Shown here piece after piece: positions 8,362 through 17,913 of a DNA stretch of 24,331 bases. The DNA is from an uncultured Methanosarcinales archaeon (GTDB lineage Archaea > Nanobdellota > Nanobdellia > Woesearchaeales > ARS49). The stretch covers positions 1 to 24,331 of the forward strand of contig CAYPUD010000002.1 in assembly GCA_964413955.1 (NCBI GenBank), in the 5' to 3' direction. Below the pieces are notes generated by a model. The model searched no databases. It was not told the origin of the DNA and worked only from the letters and a program-made list of their open reading frames with translations. How positions within the stretch are numbered: position 1 is the stretch's first letter; each line of letters opens with the position of its first letter. The translations under genes and the position numbers were made by a program.

Positions 8362-11145
8362 TCATACTAATTTGTTTATTCTTTCCACGTCGATCATGCC
8401 ATTCTCTGATCTTGACACGTCTATGTTGTCTTCTCCATAACTGAATTGTATTATCCTTCCGTTCGCATCCCTCACTGTTCCATCGTACTCGACTCTCAGG
8501 TCCTGCAGGGTGTTCGCTAATCTTCTGTAGAGGTATCCTGATTTTGGTGTTCTCAGCGCTGTGTCCATAAGCGCGTCTCTTCCTGTCATTGTTATGAAGA
8601 ATAATTCTGAAGGCTTCAGCCCTTGCTTGAACCCTACATCTATGAATCCGTGAGCTTCTGTTCCCAGATCACCTTTTGGGAAACAGCTCAACGTTCTTCC
8701 CTTATAGCCTTTTTCTATTCTTTTTCCTCTGAGCGCTTGCTGTCCTACGCATGCAGCCATCTGCACTATGTTCAGGATATTGCCTCTCGCACCAGAGTTT
8801 ATCATCGCAACTGTCAGGTTTTTTTGGTCATCCACATTATCTTTGACAACTTGTCCGATTGCGTTTCTTGCTTTGTTCAATCTTTCCAGGATCTTTAGCT
8901 CTAAGGTCTCTTTTACTGTCCTTCCTGGGAATGCTTCTAATGTGCCTTCTTCTGATTGTGCTATTGCTGCTTTCACGTCTGATTCTGCTTCTGCCAGTAT
9001 CTGGTTTATTTTTTCCACAGCTTCTTCAGGCATGTCCTCATCTGATAATCCTGATGTAAGGCCGTTTATCATGAGGTATTCACAGCCTAATTTCTCGATC
9101 TTATGCAGTATCTCCACTGTTTCTGCTGGTCCGTTGTTCTTGTGCAGTGTCCTGAGCAGCAGTCCTTCTCCTTCTCCTCCTATTGATTTGCTATCTATGT
9201 ATCCTTTCTTTATTTTGCCGTTCTCTATGATTACTTCGTCTCCCCTCTTTGTTTTCCCTATGTAATTGCAATCGTCAGGAAGCAAACAACTGAATATTTC
9301 GTTTCCGCTCACTTCTTGCTTGTTTGGCAGTTTTGAGAAGTCCGTAACGCCCACTGTGCATAGTAATTGTATTGCGTCTTCTCTCGACATTTTTCCTCTT
9401 TTGGTCAACAGATAGTTTCCTGATATTGCATCCTGTATACAGCCTATGACGCTTAGCCCGTATCTTGGGCTTATGATCTGTGTTTGGACTTCCATCAGTA
9501 TTTCTGCTTCTGCTCTGGCTTCTTCTGTCTGAGGTATGTGCAGGTTCATCTCGTCTCCGTCAAAGTCTGCGTTGTAAGGATTGCACACTGCTGGATTTAA
9601 CCGCAGTGTCTTGTTTGGAAGCACTCTTACTTTATGGCACATCATGCTCATCCTGTGAAGGCTTGGTTGCCTGTTGAATAATGCTACATCTCCGTTTATC
9701 ATGTGCCTCTCTACAACATAGCCTGGCTGGATCTCTTCTAACAATGCTTCTTTTGTCTCTTCTGTTATCTTTTTCTTTTTGCCATCTGGCCTTATTATAT
9801 AGTTGGCTCCTGGATATTTTGTTGGGCCATTTTCTATGAATTTTTTCAGGTATTCCATGTTCCAGTCATTCACTGTTTCTGGTACTGTGAGTTTTTTGGC
9901 TATTACCATCGGCAGCCCTACCTCATTTATTCCAAGCATTGGGTCTGGTGAGATGACTGTTCTCGCGCAGAAGTTGGTTCTCTTTCCTGCCAGATTATGC
10001 CTTATTCTTCCTTCTTTGCTTTTGATTCTTTCTGTTATTGTCTTGAGTGGCTGTCCGCTCCTGTGCCTTGCCGGCGGTAGCTGAGATATTGAATTGTCAA
10101 AGAATGTTGTGACATGATACTGCAAGAGATCCCACAAATCCTCAACTATAATCTCTGGTGCTCCTGCGTTGATGTTCTCAAATAGCCTTTGGTTTATCCT
10201 CACGATGTCTGCCAGTTTATGCGTCAGGTCATCCTCGCTTCTTTCTCCTGACTCTAGTGTTATTGATGGCCTTACTGTTACTGGCGGTATTGGCAGCAAT
10301 GTAAGGATTGTCCATTCTGGCCTTGCTGTTTTTGGGTTGAGTCCGAAGAGTTCAGAATCGTCATCACTTATTTTCTCTAATAATGCTCTTATCTCTACAG
10401 GAGTTATTCTTTTATCTCCTTCTATGAATGTGGTTGGCTTCTCCAGAGTGATCTTCAGTTGTTTTGCTTTGCAGTGAGGGCATTTTGTCGTTGTTTTCAG
10501 GCTGTCTATTATTGTTTTCACAGCAATCCATCTTTTCTCTATTCCATGCTCTTTCTCTATCCTGTCAAGGTATGCTTTATACTTCCCTATTTTCTCCTGA
10601 GGTATCAATATCCTGCCGCATTCCCTGCAGAAGCTTCTGAGCAATAATTGTATGACTTTTGCAAACTTTACATGAATAACTGGCCTGGCTAATTCTATGT
10701 ATCCGAAGTGGCCCACGCATTCTTTGAGTTTTCCTCCGCAGCTCTTGCATCGCAGGCCTGGGTCTATGACTCCTAACCTTACGTCCATAAGGCCTCCATC
10801 CACTGGATAGCCTTCTTTATCATAGAGTTCTGGCGTCACTATTTTGGCCATCGCCATCTTTTTGATCACTTTTGGGCTGAGTATTCCGAATGAGATGCTG
10901 CTTATCTGCTTGAAGACGTGCTGTTGCATTGCTTCTATGCTTTCTCTTGACAGTTTTTGTTTCTCGATCTTTGTTATTTTTTCTTCTTCTGGCTGGGTCC
11001 CTTCGTTCTCTTGTTCTGTTTCTTTTGTCTCTTTTTCCTGCACTTTTGCAGTTTCCTTCGCTGCTTTCTTTGTTGCATCTTTCTGTTTTATCTCTGTGTT
11101 TTCTTGTATTTTCTCGTTCTCAGTTTTGTTTTTTTCTTCTGCCAT
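8362..11145 (-). CDS. rpoA1: DNA-directed RNA polymerase subunit A' (Rpo1N) with an N-terminal E/K-rich extension
   Basis: Catalytic NADFDGD, CVGHFGYIELARP, NRQPSLH and DTALRTPKSGY. A ggtggg RBS precedes the ATG. Confidence 0.98.
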   Translation of the reverse strand: MAEEKNKTENEKIQENTEIKQKDATKKAAKETAKVQEKETKETEQENEGTQPEEEKITKIEKQKLSRESIEAMQQHVFKQISSISFGILSPKVIKKMAMAKIVTPELYDKEGYPVDGGLMDVRLGVIDPGLRCKSCGGKLKECVGHFGYIELARPVIHVKFAKVIQLLLRSFCRECGRILIPQEKIGKYKAYLDRIEKEHGIEKRWIAVKTIIDSLKTTTKCPHCKAKQLKITLEKPTTFIEGDKRITPVEIRALLEKISDDDSELFGLNPKTARPEWTILTLLPIPPVTVRPSITLESGERSEDDLTHKLADIVRINQRLFENINAGAPEIIVEDLWDLLQYHVTTFFDNSISQLPPARHRSGQPLKTITERIKSKEGRIRHNLAGKRTNFCARTVISPDPMLGINEVGLPMVIAKKLTVPETVNDWNMEYLKKFIENGPTKYPGANYIIRPDGKKKKITEETKEALLEEIQPGYVVERHMINGDVALFNRQPSLHRMSMMCHKVRVLPNKTLRLNPAVCNPYNADFDGDEMNLHIPQTEEARAEAEILMEVQTQIISPRYGLSVIGCIQDAISGNYLLTKRGKMSREDAIQLLCTVGVTDFSKLPNKQEVSGNEIFSCLLPDDCNYIGKTKRGDEVIIENGKIKKGYIDSKSIGGEGEGLLLRTLHKNNGPAETVEILHKIEKLGCEYLMINGLTSGLSDEDMPEEAVEKINQILAEAESDVKAAIAQSEEGTLEAFPGRTVKETLELKILERLNKARNAIGQVVKDNVDDQKNLTVAMINSGARGNILNIVQMAACVGQQALRGKRIEKGYKGRTLSCFPKGDLGTEAHGFIDVGFKQGLKPSELFFITMTGRDALMDTALRTPKSGYLYRRLANTLQDLRVEYDGTVRDANGRIIQFSYGEDNIDVSRSENGMIDVERINKLV

Positions 11146-11154
11146 TTACCCACC

Positions 11155-12957
11155 TTAGTATTTTGGTTTAAGCTTTAGCTTAGGGCTTATACCTAATGCC
11201 TTCAGTTCATCTAGTATCAGCTTGAACGCATAGCTTATTTCCACATCATTTATTTCTGCATTATCGCCGCAGATCGGACAGTATCTCTTGTCCTTTATGT
11301 GATCATACATCGCTATCATTCCGCATCCTTCGCACACTGGCACGACTGTCTTGTCTGAGTCAAACCTTTCTTTTAGTAACAGGCTTGCGCCATGAGCGAC
11401 AAATGTGTCTTTCTCCATCTCTCCTAGTCTCAGACCTCCCTCTTTCGCTCTGCCCTCTGTTGGTTGTCTTGTCAGCAATTGTATTGGTCCTCTTGCTCTG
11501 CTCTGTATCTTGTTTGCTACCATATGTTTCAGTCTGAGATAGTACATGTTTCCTATGTATATTCTTGCAAGGTATTTTTCTCCCGTCACTCCATTATACA
11601 TGACTTCTGTTCCATTCTCCATGAAGCCGTGGCTCAGCAGCTCCTTCCTTAGCTCTTCTTCTGATTCTCCGCTGAATGTGGTTCCGTCAACAAACCTGCC
11701 TGATAATGAGCCAACTTTGCCTGCGAGCAGTTCAAGTAAATGCGAAACAGTCATTCTGCTTGGGATCCCATGTGGTGTGAATATTATGTCTGGCCTTATG
11801 CCTTTTGCAGTGTAGGGCATGTCACTCTCTGGAACTATCAATCCTACGACTCCTTTCTGTCCGTGCCTGCTGACGAACTTATCTCCTATCTCTGGTATTC
11901 TTTGGTCGCGAATTCTCACTTGAACTAATTTATTTCCTTCTTCATTTTCAGTTATTGCCACGAAATCAACTATCCCTTTCTCCCCATGCCTTAAGGAAAT
12001 GCTGCTTTCTTTTCTTATGTTTGTTGATAAGCTGTATTCATCCATCGAGCTGAGGAATCTTGGAGGGCTCACTTTTCCTATGATGACGTCTTCTTCTCTC
12101 ACAACAGCCTCTGGATAGACTATTCCGTCCTCTTCTAACAGCCTGTAATCATGTTCGCTCTTGTACCCTTTCACATCCTTATCTGGTATTGATATCTGAT
12201 CCATCAATCCTCCTGAATATCTTAGTTCTTCTGTCACTGCTGGCCTGAAGTATGTTGCTCTTCCAAATCCCCTCTCTATGCTTCCTTTGTTGAGAACGAC
12301 TGCGTCTTCCATGTTGAACCCTTTGTATGTCATGACCGCCACAACTATGTTTTGTCCGCTCGGGTGCTTATCATAATCTGAGAGATCATGCATTATGCTT
12401 TTTGTGACTGGCATCTGAGGGTAGTGCAGCATATTTACGTCCATATCCATCCTCAACAAGTAATTAGCTGTGTACAAGCCTGTGCTTTGCTTCATGTTTC
12501 TGCTTCCGATGATCAGCCTCGCCCCTTGTATGTAATCTCCGAAAGGGATCAAGCTTGCTGTCAATCCCAGCATCACTAATGGTGACAACTCTAAGTGTGT
12601 GTGTTTCGGCGTCAAGTCCTCTTCTTTGAACGCAACAAGAGCGTCTTCTTCTTCTGAAGCGTCAAGAAATTCTATGACTCCTTGCTTAACTAGTTCATCC
12701 CAACTCAGCTCGTTTCTTTGCAATTGTTTTATGTGTTTCTCAGTCAGGAGAGGGATGCCGTCCTTCACCACGACTAATGGCCTCATCACTCTTCCTCTGC
12801 TTGAATCAATGAATATTTGATCGATACCTTCATCATATCTTATGTTCACTTGGTAGGATATGGCTGCTTGCCTCCTCTGTGTCTTGAATGATTCGACGAA
12901 CTCTCTCGCATCATCTACATCCCCTATGTATTTTCCGTTCAGCAGGACTTCTGTCAT
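11155..12957 (-). CDS. rpoB1: DNA-directed RNA polymerase subunit B' (Rpo2C)
   Basis: GDKFVSRHGQKG, RQPTEGRAKEGGLRLGEME and a C-terminal CxxC...CxxC zinc site. Confidence 0.98.
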   Translation of the reverse strand: MTEVLLNGKYIGDVDDAREFVESFKTQRRQAAISYQVNIRYDEGIDQIFIDSSRGRVMRPLVVVKDGIPLLTEKHIKQLQRNELSWDELVKQGVIEFLDASEEEDALVAFKEEDLTPKHTHLELSPLVMLGLTASLIPFGDYIQGARLIIGSRNMKQSTGLYTANYLLRMDMDVNMLHYPQMPVTKSIMHDLSDYDKHPSGQNIVVAVMTYKGFNMEDAVVLNKGSIERGFGRATYFRPAVTEELRYSGGLMDQISIPDKDVKGYKSEHDYRLLEEDGIVYPEAVVREEDVIIGKVSPPRFLSSMDEYSLSTNIRKESSISLRHGEKGIVDFVAITENEEGNKLVQVRIRDQRIPEIGDKFVSRHGQKGVVGLIVPESDMPYTAKGIRPDIIFTPHGIPSRMTVSHLLELLAGKVGSLSGRFVDGTTFSGESEEELRKELLSHGFMENGTEVMYNGVTGEKYLARIYIGNMYYLRLKHMVANKIQSRARGPIQLLTRQPTEGRAKEGGLRLGEMEKDTFVAHGASLLLKERFDSDKTVVPVCEGCGMIAMYDHIKDKRYCPICGDNAEINDVEISYAFKLILDELKALGISPKLKLKPKY

Positions 12958-14441
12958 TGGCCGACCTCCTTCAGGCCTATGCTTTTCATTACCTGAATCA
13001 CATCTTTCTCTTTTGTTTCGCCTGAAACTATTGATAATAACGCGAGATTTTTTCTTAGTCCTATGTTTGTTCCTTCTGGTGTTTCTGCTGGACAGAGCCT
13101 TCCTAGATGTGTTGCATGCAGTTCTCTTGCTTCAAAGTTCTCCTGTGATGATGATAGTGGGCTCACTACCCTTTGCAGATGAGACATCGTGCTTAAGAAA
13201 TTCAGCCTTTGCATCCTTTGGCTCACTCCTTTTCTTCCGCCCACCCAGTTTCCTGTTGCCATCGCGCCATATATCCTGTTGGTAAGCAGTTTGTCTCTTA
13301 TTATTGCTTTCACGCTTGGAAACTTTCCTCTTTTAACTATCCTTTGGAAATTGTAGAGCATATCTCCTATCAGGACTTTTAGGTTTGTCCTGAAAAGGTC
13401 TGAAAGCAGCTCTCCTGAGAGCTTGATCCTCTTGTTCATGTAATGGTCCTTATCATCGACTGGCAGTTCTCCTTTTGATACCATTATGTATTTTTTCAGG
13501 TATTTACAGATGTTGTATGCTTTTTGTTTTCTGCTTTCCATATCTACACCTATGTGGGGCAGCAGATATCTGTCCAGTATCTCTTGCATCCTTTCTAGTC
13601 TTGCTTCTTTTGTCTGTGTTATTCCCGCTATCTTTCCAAGCTTGTCCAGCGCGTCTTCCTGTGTCTTGACATCTGCAAACGAAAATAAGTTTATCAGAAC
13701 AGTATCGTCCTGCTTGTCCTTGAATATTGCATTCATCAATTCTTCATCGCTCATCATTCCAAGCGCTTTCAATAAGAGTATTACTGGCGCTCTTTTCACT
13801 CTTGTGAAGCTTATGTAGAATATTGAGTCTTTCATCTGTTCTATAGTGTGAGGTATCTTATATGGGCCATACTCACTGAACACTTTTCCAACATAATGCA
13901 CTGGTCCTGTCGCATTGCTTACCAAAAACTTGTTTGCTCCCAAATCTTCTATGTGGACTAATACTCTTTCTGTTCCATTGATCAGAAAGTATCCTCCTGG
14001 ATCGTCAGGGTCCTCTCCTTTCTCTATTAGCTCTTCCCTGCTTAGCTTATGTAAGTAGCAGTAGTTGCTGTGCAGCATTATTGGGATGCTTCCTACTTGT
14101 GTCGTGAATGTTTCTCTTTGGACATTGTTTATGTGCGAGCTTACTTCTATGAACATTGGAGCTGCATAGCTTAGCTTCCTCAGTCTTGCTTCTGAAGGGT
14201 ATATTGATCGTTTGCTTCCGTCTGCTTCTGTAATCTCTGGCCTTCCTATCCATATCTTATCAAGCCTTATCTTGAAGCTTTCCACATTTGGCGGTATGAT
14301 CGTCGGTTCTATCTCTTTGTTCTCTTCAAGTATTGCCTGAAGTTCTTGTTCTATAAAATAATTGAAAGACTCTATTGTTGACTTAACGAATCCGTTCTCG
14401 TCAAAGAACTTTTTTATCAATAATTTGCCGTAACTAGTCAT
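12954..14441 (-). CDS. rpoB2: DNA-directed RNA polymerase subunit B'' (Rpo2N)
   Basis: GGYFLINGTERV, SHLQRV and GRLCPAETPEGTNIGLRKNL. It overlaps rpoB' by 4 nt. Confidence 0.98.
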   Translation of the reverse strand: MTSYGKLLIKKFFDENGFVKSTIESFNYFIEQELQAILEENKEIEPTIIPPNVESFKIRLDKIWIGRPEITEADGSKRSIYPSEARLRKLSYAAPMFIEVSSHINNVQRETFTTQVGSIPIMLHSNYCYLHKLSREELIEKGEDPDDPGGYFLINGTERVLVHIEDLGANKFLVSNATGPVHYVGKVFSEYGPYKIPHTIEQMKDSIFYISFTRVKRAPVILLLKALGMMSDEELMNAIFKDKQDDTVLINLFSFADVKTQEDALDKLGKIAGITQTKEARLERMQEILDRYLLPHIGVDMESRKQKAYNICKYLKKYIMVSKGELPVDDKDHYMNKRIKLSGELLSDLFRTNLKVLIGDMLYNFQRIVKRGKFPSVKAIIRDKLLTNRIYGAMATGNWVGGRKGVSQRMQRLNFLSTMSHLQRVVSPLSSSQENFEARELHATHLGRLCPAETPEGTNIGLRKNLALLSIVSGETKEKDVIQVMKSIGLKEVGQ

Positions 14442-14676
14442 TTATGACCCTCCTGTAGAATGTTGTTGTTCCTGCTGTTGGGCTTTGACGCACTATCTTT
14501 ATTACATCGCCTTCTTTCACATCAAGTTCAGCTATCGCAGGATCTGATTTTAGTATGCATGGAAGATTTTCAAGAGCAAAACCTTGCTTCTCAAACAGGC
14601 TCTTTTTTTCTTTTTCGCTGATCAAAGAGTGCTTTGGCACGAGTACGTGTTTTCTGACATCAAATTTTTTTGCCAT
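14434..14676 (-). CDS. rpoH: DNA-directed RNA polymerase subunit H (Rpo5)
   Basis: HVLVPKH, LPCILKSDPA and GDVIKIVRQSPTAG...YRRV. Confidence 0.97.
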   Translation of the reverse strand: MAKKFDVRKHVLVPKHSLISEKEKKSLFEKQGFALENLPCILKSDPAIAELDVKEGDVIKIVRQSPTAGTTTFYRRVIND

Positions 14677-14709
14677 TTTGGGTTTTCTCCTGTTTTCTGA
14701 AACTATAAC

Positions 14710-14820
14710 CGGACCGGAAGGGATTCGAACCCTCGACCACTCGGTTTCCTTTTCAATTGATCTCTCAATTGATTGCTGGAATTAAAAGCCGAGTGCTCTA
14801 CCAGGCTGAGCTACCGGTCC
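14710..14820 (-). tRNA. tRNA-Lys(UUU) with a 37-nt intron at position 37/38; CCA not encoded
   Basis: Acceptor GGACCGG/CCGGTCC, D arm GCTC-AGCCTGGTA-GAGC, anticodon stem CTCGG/CCGAG with CT-TTT-A, and T arm GAGGG-TTCGAAT-CCCTT. The exons sum to 74 nt. Confidence 0.95.
14746..14782 (-). other. tRNA intron with bulge-helix-bulge ends
   Basis: CTTT (positions 32-35) pairs with intron AAGG, with 3-nt bulges TAA and AAA. Internal hairpin CAATTGA-GAGA-TCAATTG. Confidence 0.9.
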
Positions 14821-14903
14821 TTTTTCATTGTGTTTCTTTATGTTTGTCTTTTTGCTTGTATTGCTTGCAGCTTGGTCCCTTGTGATTTTCCTTGTTTGTT
14901 TTG

Positions 14904-14951
14904 TTTGAATTTGAGATTGGATGTGAGATTGGGTGTGTGGTTGGGTGTGAA
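14904..14951. repeat. Degenerate 12-bp tandem repeat x4
   Basis: tttgaatttgag / attggatgtgag / attgggtgtgtg / gttgggtgtgaa. Confidence 0.55.
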
Positions 14952-15065
14952 ATAGCTGTTCAGAATATACAGAATACATTTGAGCGCCAATGTCAGAATG
15001 ATTTTGCAAAGTATGTCCCCTCATTGAGCATTATACCTACTTTCTTTAGCTGATTTCCCAAATAG

Positions 15066-15090
15066 TTTATAAGCGGTTTATAAATGTTTC
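15066..15090. promoter_or_regulatory. Tandem TATA boxes; probable divergent promoter for the tRNA-rpo operon (-) and galT (+)
   Basis: tttataag (15066) and tttataaa (15077) are 11 nt apart. The minus strand reads gaaaca-tttataaa, like other promoters in the window. Confidence 0.55.
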
Positions 15091-15203
15091 GGTAAGGTTA
15101 TTGTTTTTTGTTGTTTTTTGCACTATTTAATCAGCCTTTTGGATGTTTTTTGGATAATTTTTTAAAATTGTCCTGCATTTTTCTTATTAAAGAGGTGATT
15201 TAT

Positions 15204-16175
15204 TTGGAAGAATTGCGTAAAGGTGAATTGCGTAAAGATTACATTCTTGATAATTGGGTCTATTTTGTGCCTGGGAGAAAAACCAGACCCAGAGAACTTC
15301 ATTCACATAAGCATTCTTTAAGTGTGCCTTCCGCTAAAAGAATTGATTTTTTTGCTCCTGGTAATGAGCATCTTTGTCCTCCTGAGATCGGAAGAATTCC
15401 TGATAAGAATGGGTCTGGTTGGAGCATCCGTTGGTTTGAGAACAAGTTCCCTGCTTTGACTCCAGAAGGCTCTCCTGACATCTTCAGAGAGAATGATTTC
15501 TTTGTCCACTCTTCTAACTTTGGCTTCCATGAGATCATTGTAGAGACCCCTAACAACGAAAAACAATTACATGATTTCAGTGTAGAAGAAACTGCTCAGC
15601 TGTTGAGGGTTTATTCTGAAAGGATCCTTGCATTAGGGAAGAAAGATGGTATAAAGTATGTTCTTGTCTTCAAGAATTTTGGTGCTAAGTCAGGGGCAAG
15701 TATTATCCATTCTCACAGCCAGGTGATCGCAACAAGCCTCATCCCTCCTATTGTTGCTAAGAAAGTCTCTGCAAGCAACAAGTTCATTGAATGCCCTTAT
15801 TGTAGGATAATTGAAGCTGAGAAGCATTCGCCAAGGCTCTGTTTTGAGAATGAGTTTGGTATTGCTTTTTGCCCTTATGCTTCTGTCTATAATTACGAAT
15901 GCTGGATTTTTCCTAAATCTCACTTGGAAAGGTTTGAGGATTTTGATTTTGAGAAAACAGCTGAGTTATTGTATAAAGTTTTAGCAAGACTCAAGAAGCT
16001 TGACGCCAGTTATTGCTTCGCAATTCATTATGCTCCTAAGGGCTCAAGACTGCACGCTCATATTGTTGTGATGCCTCAGATCGCAACTTGGGGAGGGTTT
16101 GAGAGAGGAGGAGGTTTTGTCATCAACACTGTCTTGCCTGAAGATGCTGCAAGATTTTATCGTGGAGAAGAATAA
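15204..16175 (+). CDS. galT: GalT/HIT-family hexose-1-phosphate nucleotidyltransferase (GalT-like)
   Basis: ELRKDYILDNWV, NKFPAL, GFHEIIVETP, GASIIHSHSQ (HxHxQ) and CPYC. The start is placed at TTG 15204 after the gaggtga RBS. Confidence 0.9.
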   Translation: MEELRKGELRKDYILDNWVYFVPGRKTRPRELHSHKHSLSVPSAKRIDFFAPGNEHLCPPEIGRIPDKNGSGWSIRWFENKFPALTPEGSPDIFRENDFFVHSSNFGFHEIIVETPNNEKQLHDFSVEETAQLLRVYSERILALGKKDGIKYVLVFKNFGAKSGASIIHSHSQVIATSLIPPIVAKKVSASNKFIECPYCRIIEAEKHSPRLCFENEFGIAFCPYASVYNYECWIFPKSHLERFEDFDFEKTAELLYKVLARLKKLDASYCFAIHYAPKGSRLHAHIVVMPQIATWGGFERGGGFVINTVLPEDAARFYRGEE

Positions 16176-17874
16176 ATATTTCATTGATGGTTTTAATGGT
16201 GATTTTGTTTTTCTTAGTTCAAGCCCTTGCTCAAAGTTTGGCGGTTTTTTCGCAAGGTTGGGTAATGATTGGTTCAGGACAATTTCTTTTATTGAGAATC
16301 TTGAATGTGCCTGCTGTCTTGAGGGTGGGTTTTATTTTCGCGCAGACGGAGATGTTTTCCTTGATTGTAGAAGGATCTTTGATTTGAGGGCGTGGGGCAG
16401 GCATTATGTTGTTTCTATTAAAGGCAATCACTTTGGCAATGTTGAAGACTATTGTGTGGTTGTCAGGTTCAGTAAGGTGAATGATCCTAAAGAGCCTTCT
16501 GGCGAGGAATACTCTTTGTTCCTTGCTATCAGAGGTGATTTTTCTTTTTCTCTCTCAGAGGAATGGGTTAAGCATGAGTATCCTTTTGATCTGGAGCGGA
16601 ACAGTCCGCCGTTCTCAAGGTTTGTTTTTCGTCTGGGCAGGATCTCAGGAAGCGCTTGCATGAGTGTTTCCTTTGATGAGGCTGATGCTGTTAAGAAAGT
16701 GAAAATCCTCCATGAAAGCTTAGATAAGTTATTGTTGCAGAAAGAGCTTGTTGTCGAGTCTTTCGCAGAAGGGATTAAAGATGTTGTGCCTGTCTTACCT
16801 GTCAAAAGTGTCAAAAGTGCTAAACTTAGAAAAACAGCAGTAAATAAATCTCCTGACTTTATGACAGCAGCTGCCGCAGCCGCTGCAAGAAGTTTGTTTT
16901 CTTTGAGTTATGATGATAGTCTTTTAGCAGGCATTCCTTGGTTTGTTTATTCTTGGGCAAGGGATGAGCTGATCTCAAGCAAAGCTTTATTTTTGCTTGG
17001 CAAGAAAGATTTTGCTAAGAGGATTGTCTTCAAATGGCTTGACAGGCTTTCTGGTATTAACCTGAGAACTCCTCTTGGAATAATGTCAGATTCTTGGTGG
17101 CTGTTCCTGAGGGCTGAGGAGATGCTTGATTCTTTGAATAGGTCTGAAAAAACTAAGCTCAAGAGGGTGTTGAAGGATAATTTGAAGAAGATAGTATTAT
17201 CTAATGGGCTTGTTCTAAATGGTCCTGATCAGTCAACTTGGATGGATTCTCTTAAACGCAGGGGCGCCTTAGAGGTTAATGCTCTTGTTCTTGCTGGCTG
17301 CAGATTGGCTGATGTTCTAAAGATAAAAAATTTCGGTAAAGAATTAAGAGCTGATGTCAGAAAAATTTTCTTCAGGGACGGGCGTTTGAAGGATTGTGTT
17401 GGTTGTGTTGGAGGTAATGTTGTCAGGCCTAATGTCTTTATCGCTGCTTATGTTTATCCAGAGCTCTTGAGCAGAAAAGAATGGTGTGAAGTTTTTGACA
17501 ATGCTTTGAGAACGTTGTGGCTTCCTTGGGGCGGCCTCTCGACAATTGATAAAAGCTCTTCCCTTTTTCATAAGACGCATACTGGCGAGAATCCTGAAAG
17601 TTACCATAATGGCGATTCTTGGTTTTGGATCAATAACCTGGCTGCAATTGTCTTGCATAGGTTTGGAAAAAAGAGATTTTCTTTTTACATTAACAAGATT
17701 GCAGAAGCTAGCTCAAAAGAAATTCTTAAGATGGGCGCTATTGGCCATCATGCAGAGCTTAGTGATGCGCAAAAATTAAGTTCTAAAGGCTGTTTGTCTC
17801 AGGCTTGGAGCGCTGCTTTGTTTGTTGAGTTGATGTTTGAATTAAGCAAAAGTAAAACAAAAAAAGTGAAATAA
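16144..17874 (+). CDS. Amylo-alpha-1,6-glucosidase / glycogen debranching enzyme-like (alpha/alpha)6 hydrolase
   Basis: WARDELIS, TWMDS, RPN, YHNGDSWFW, ELSDA and CLSQAWS. The start is uncertain (TTG 16099, ATG 16144 or GTG 16162), and all three overlap the galT end. Confidence 0.85.
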   Translation: MLQDFIVEKNKYFIDGFNGDFVFLSSSPCSKFGGFFARLGNDWFRTISFIENLECACCLEGGFYFRADGDVFLDCRRIFDLRAWGRHYVVSIKGNHFGNVEDYCVVVRFSKVNDPKEPSGEEYSLFLAIRGDFSFSLSEEWVKHEYPFDLERNSPPFSRFVFRLGRISGSACMSVSFDEADAVKKVKILHESLDKLLLQKELVVESFAEGIKDVVPVLPVKSVKSAKLRKTAVNKSPDFMTAAAAAAARSLFSLSYDDSLLAGIPWFVYSWARDELISSKALFLLGKKDFAKRIVFKWLDRLSGINLRTPLGIMSDSWWLFLRAEEMLDSLNRSEKTKLKRVLKDNLKKIVLSNGLVLNGPDQSTWMDSLKRRGALEVNALVLAGCRLADVLKIKNFGKELRADVRKIFFRDGRLKDCVGCVGGNVVRPNVFIAAYVYPELLSRKEWCEVFDNALRTLWLPWGGLSTIDKSSSLFHKTHTGENPESYHNGDSWFWINNLAAIVLHRFGKKRFSFYINKIAEASSKEILKMGAIGHHAELSDAQKLSSKGCLSQAWSAALFVELMFELSKSKTKKVK

Positions 17875-17913
17875 AATAGGAAATAATGGAATGCAAAAAA
17901 AAAATTGTATTCC

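Noticed and set aside
14782-15024. 80-aa minus ORF with HTQP/HIQS repeats
   Set aside because: It runs into the tRNA and is low-complexity, so it is likely spurious.
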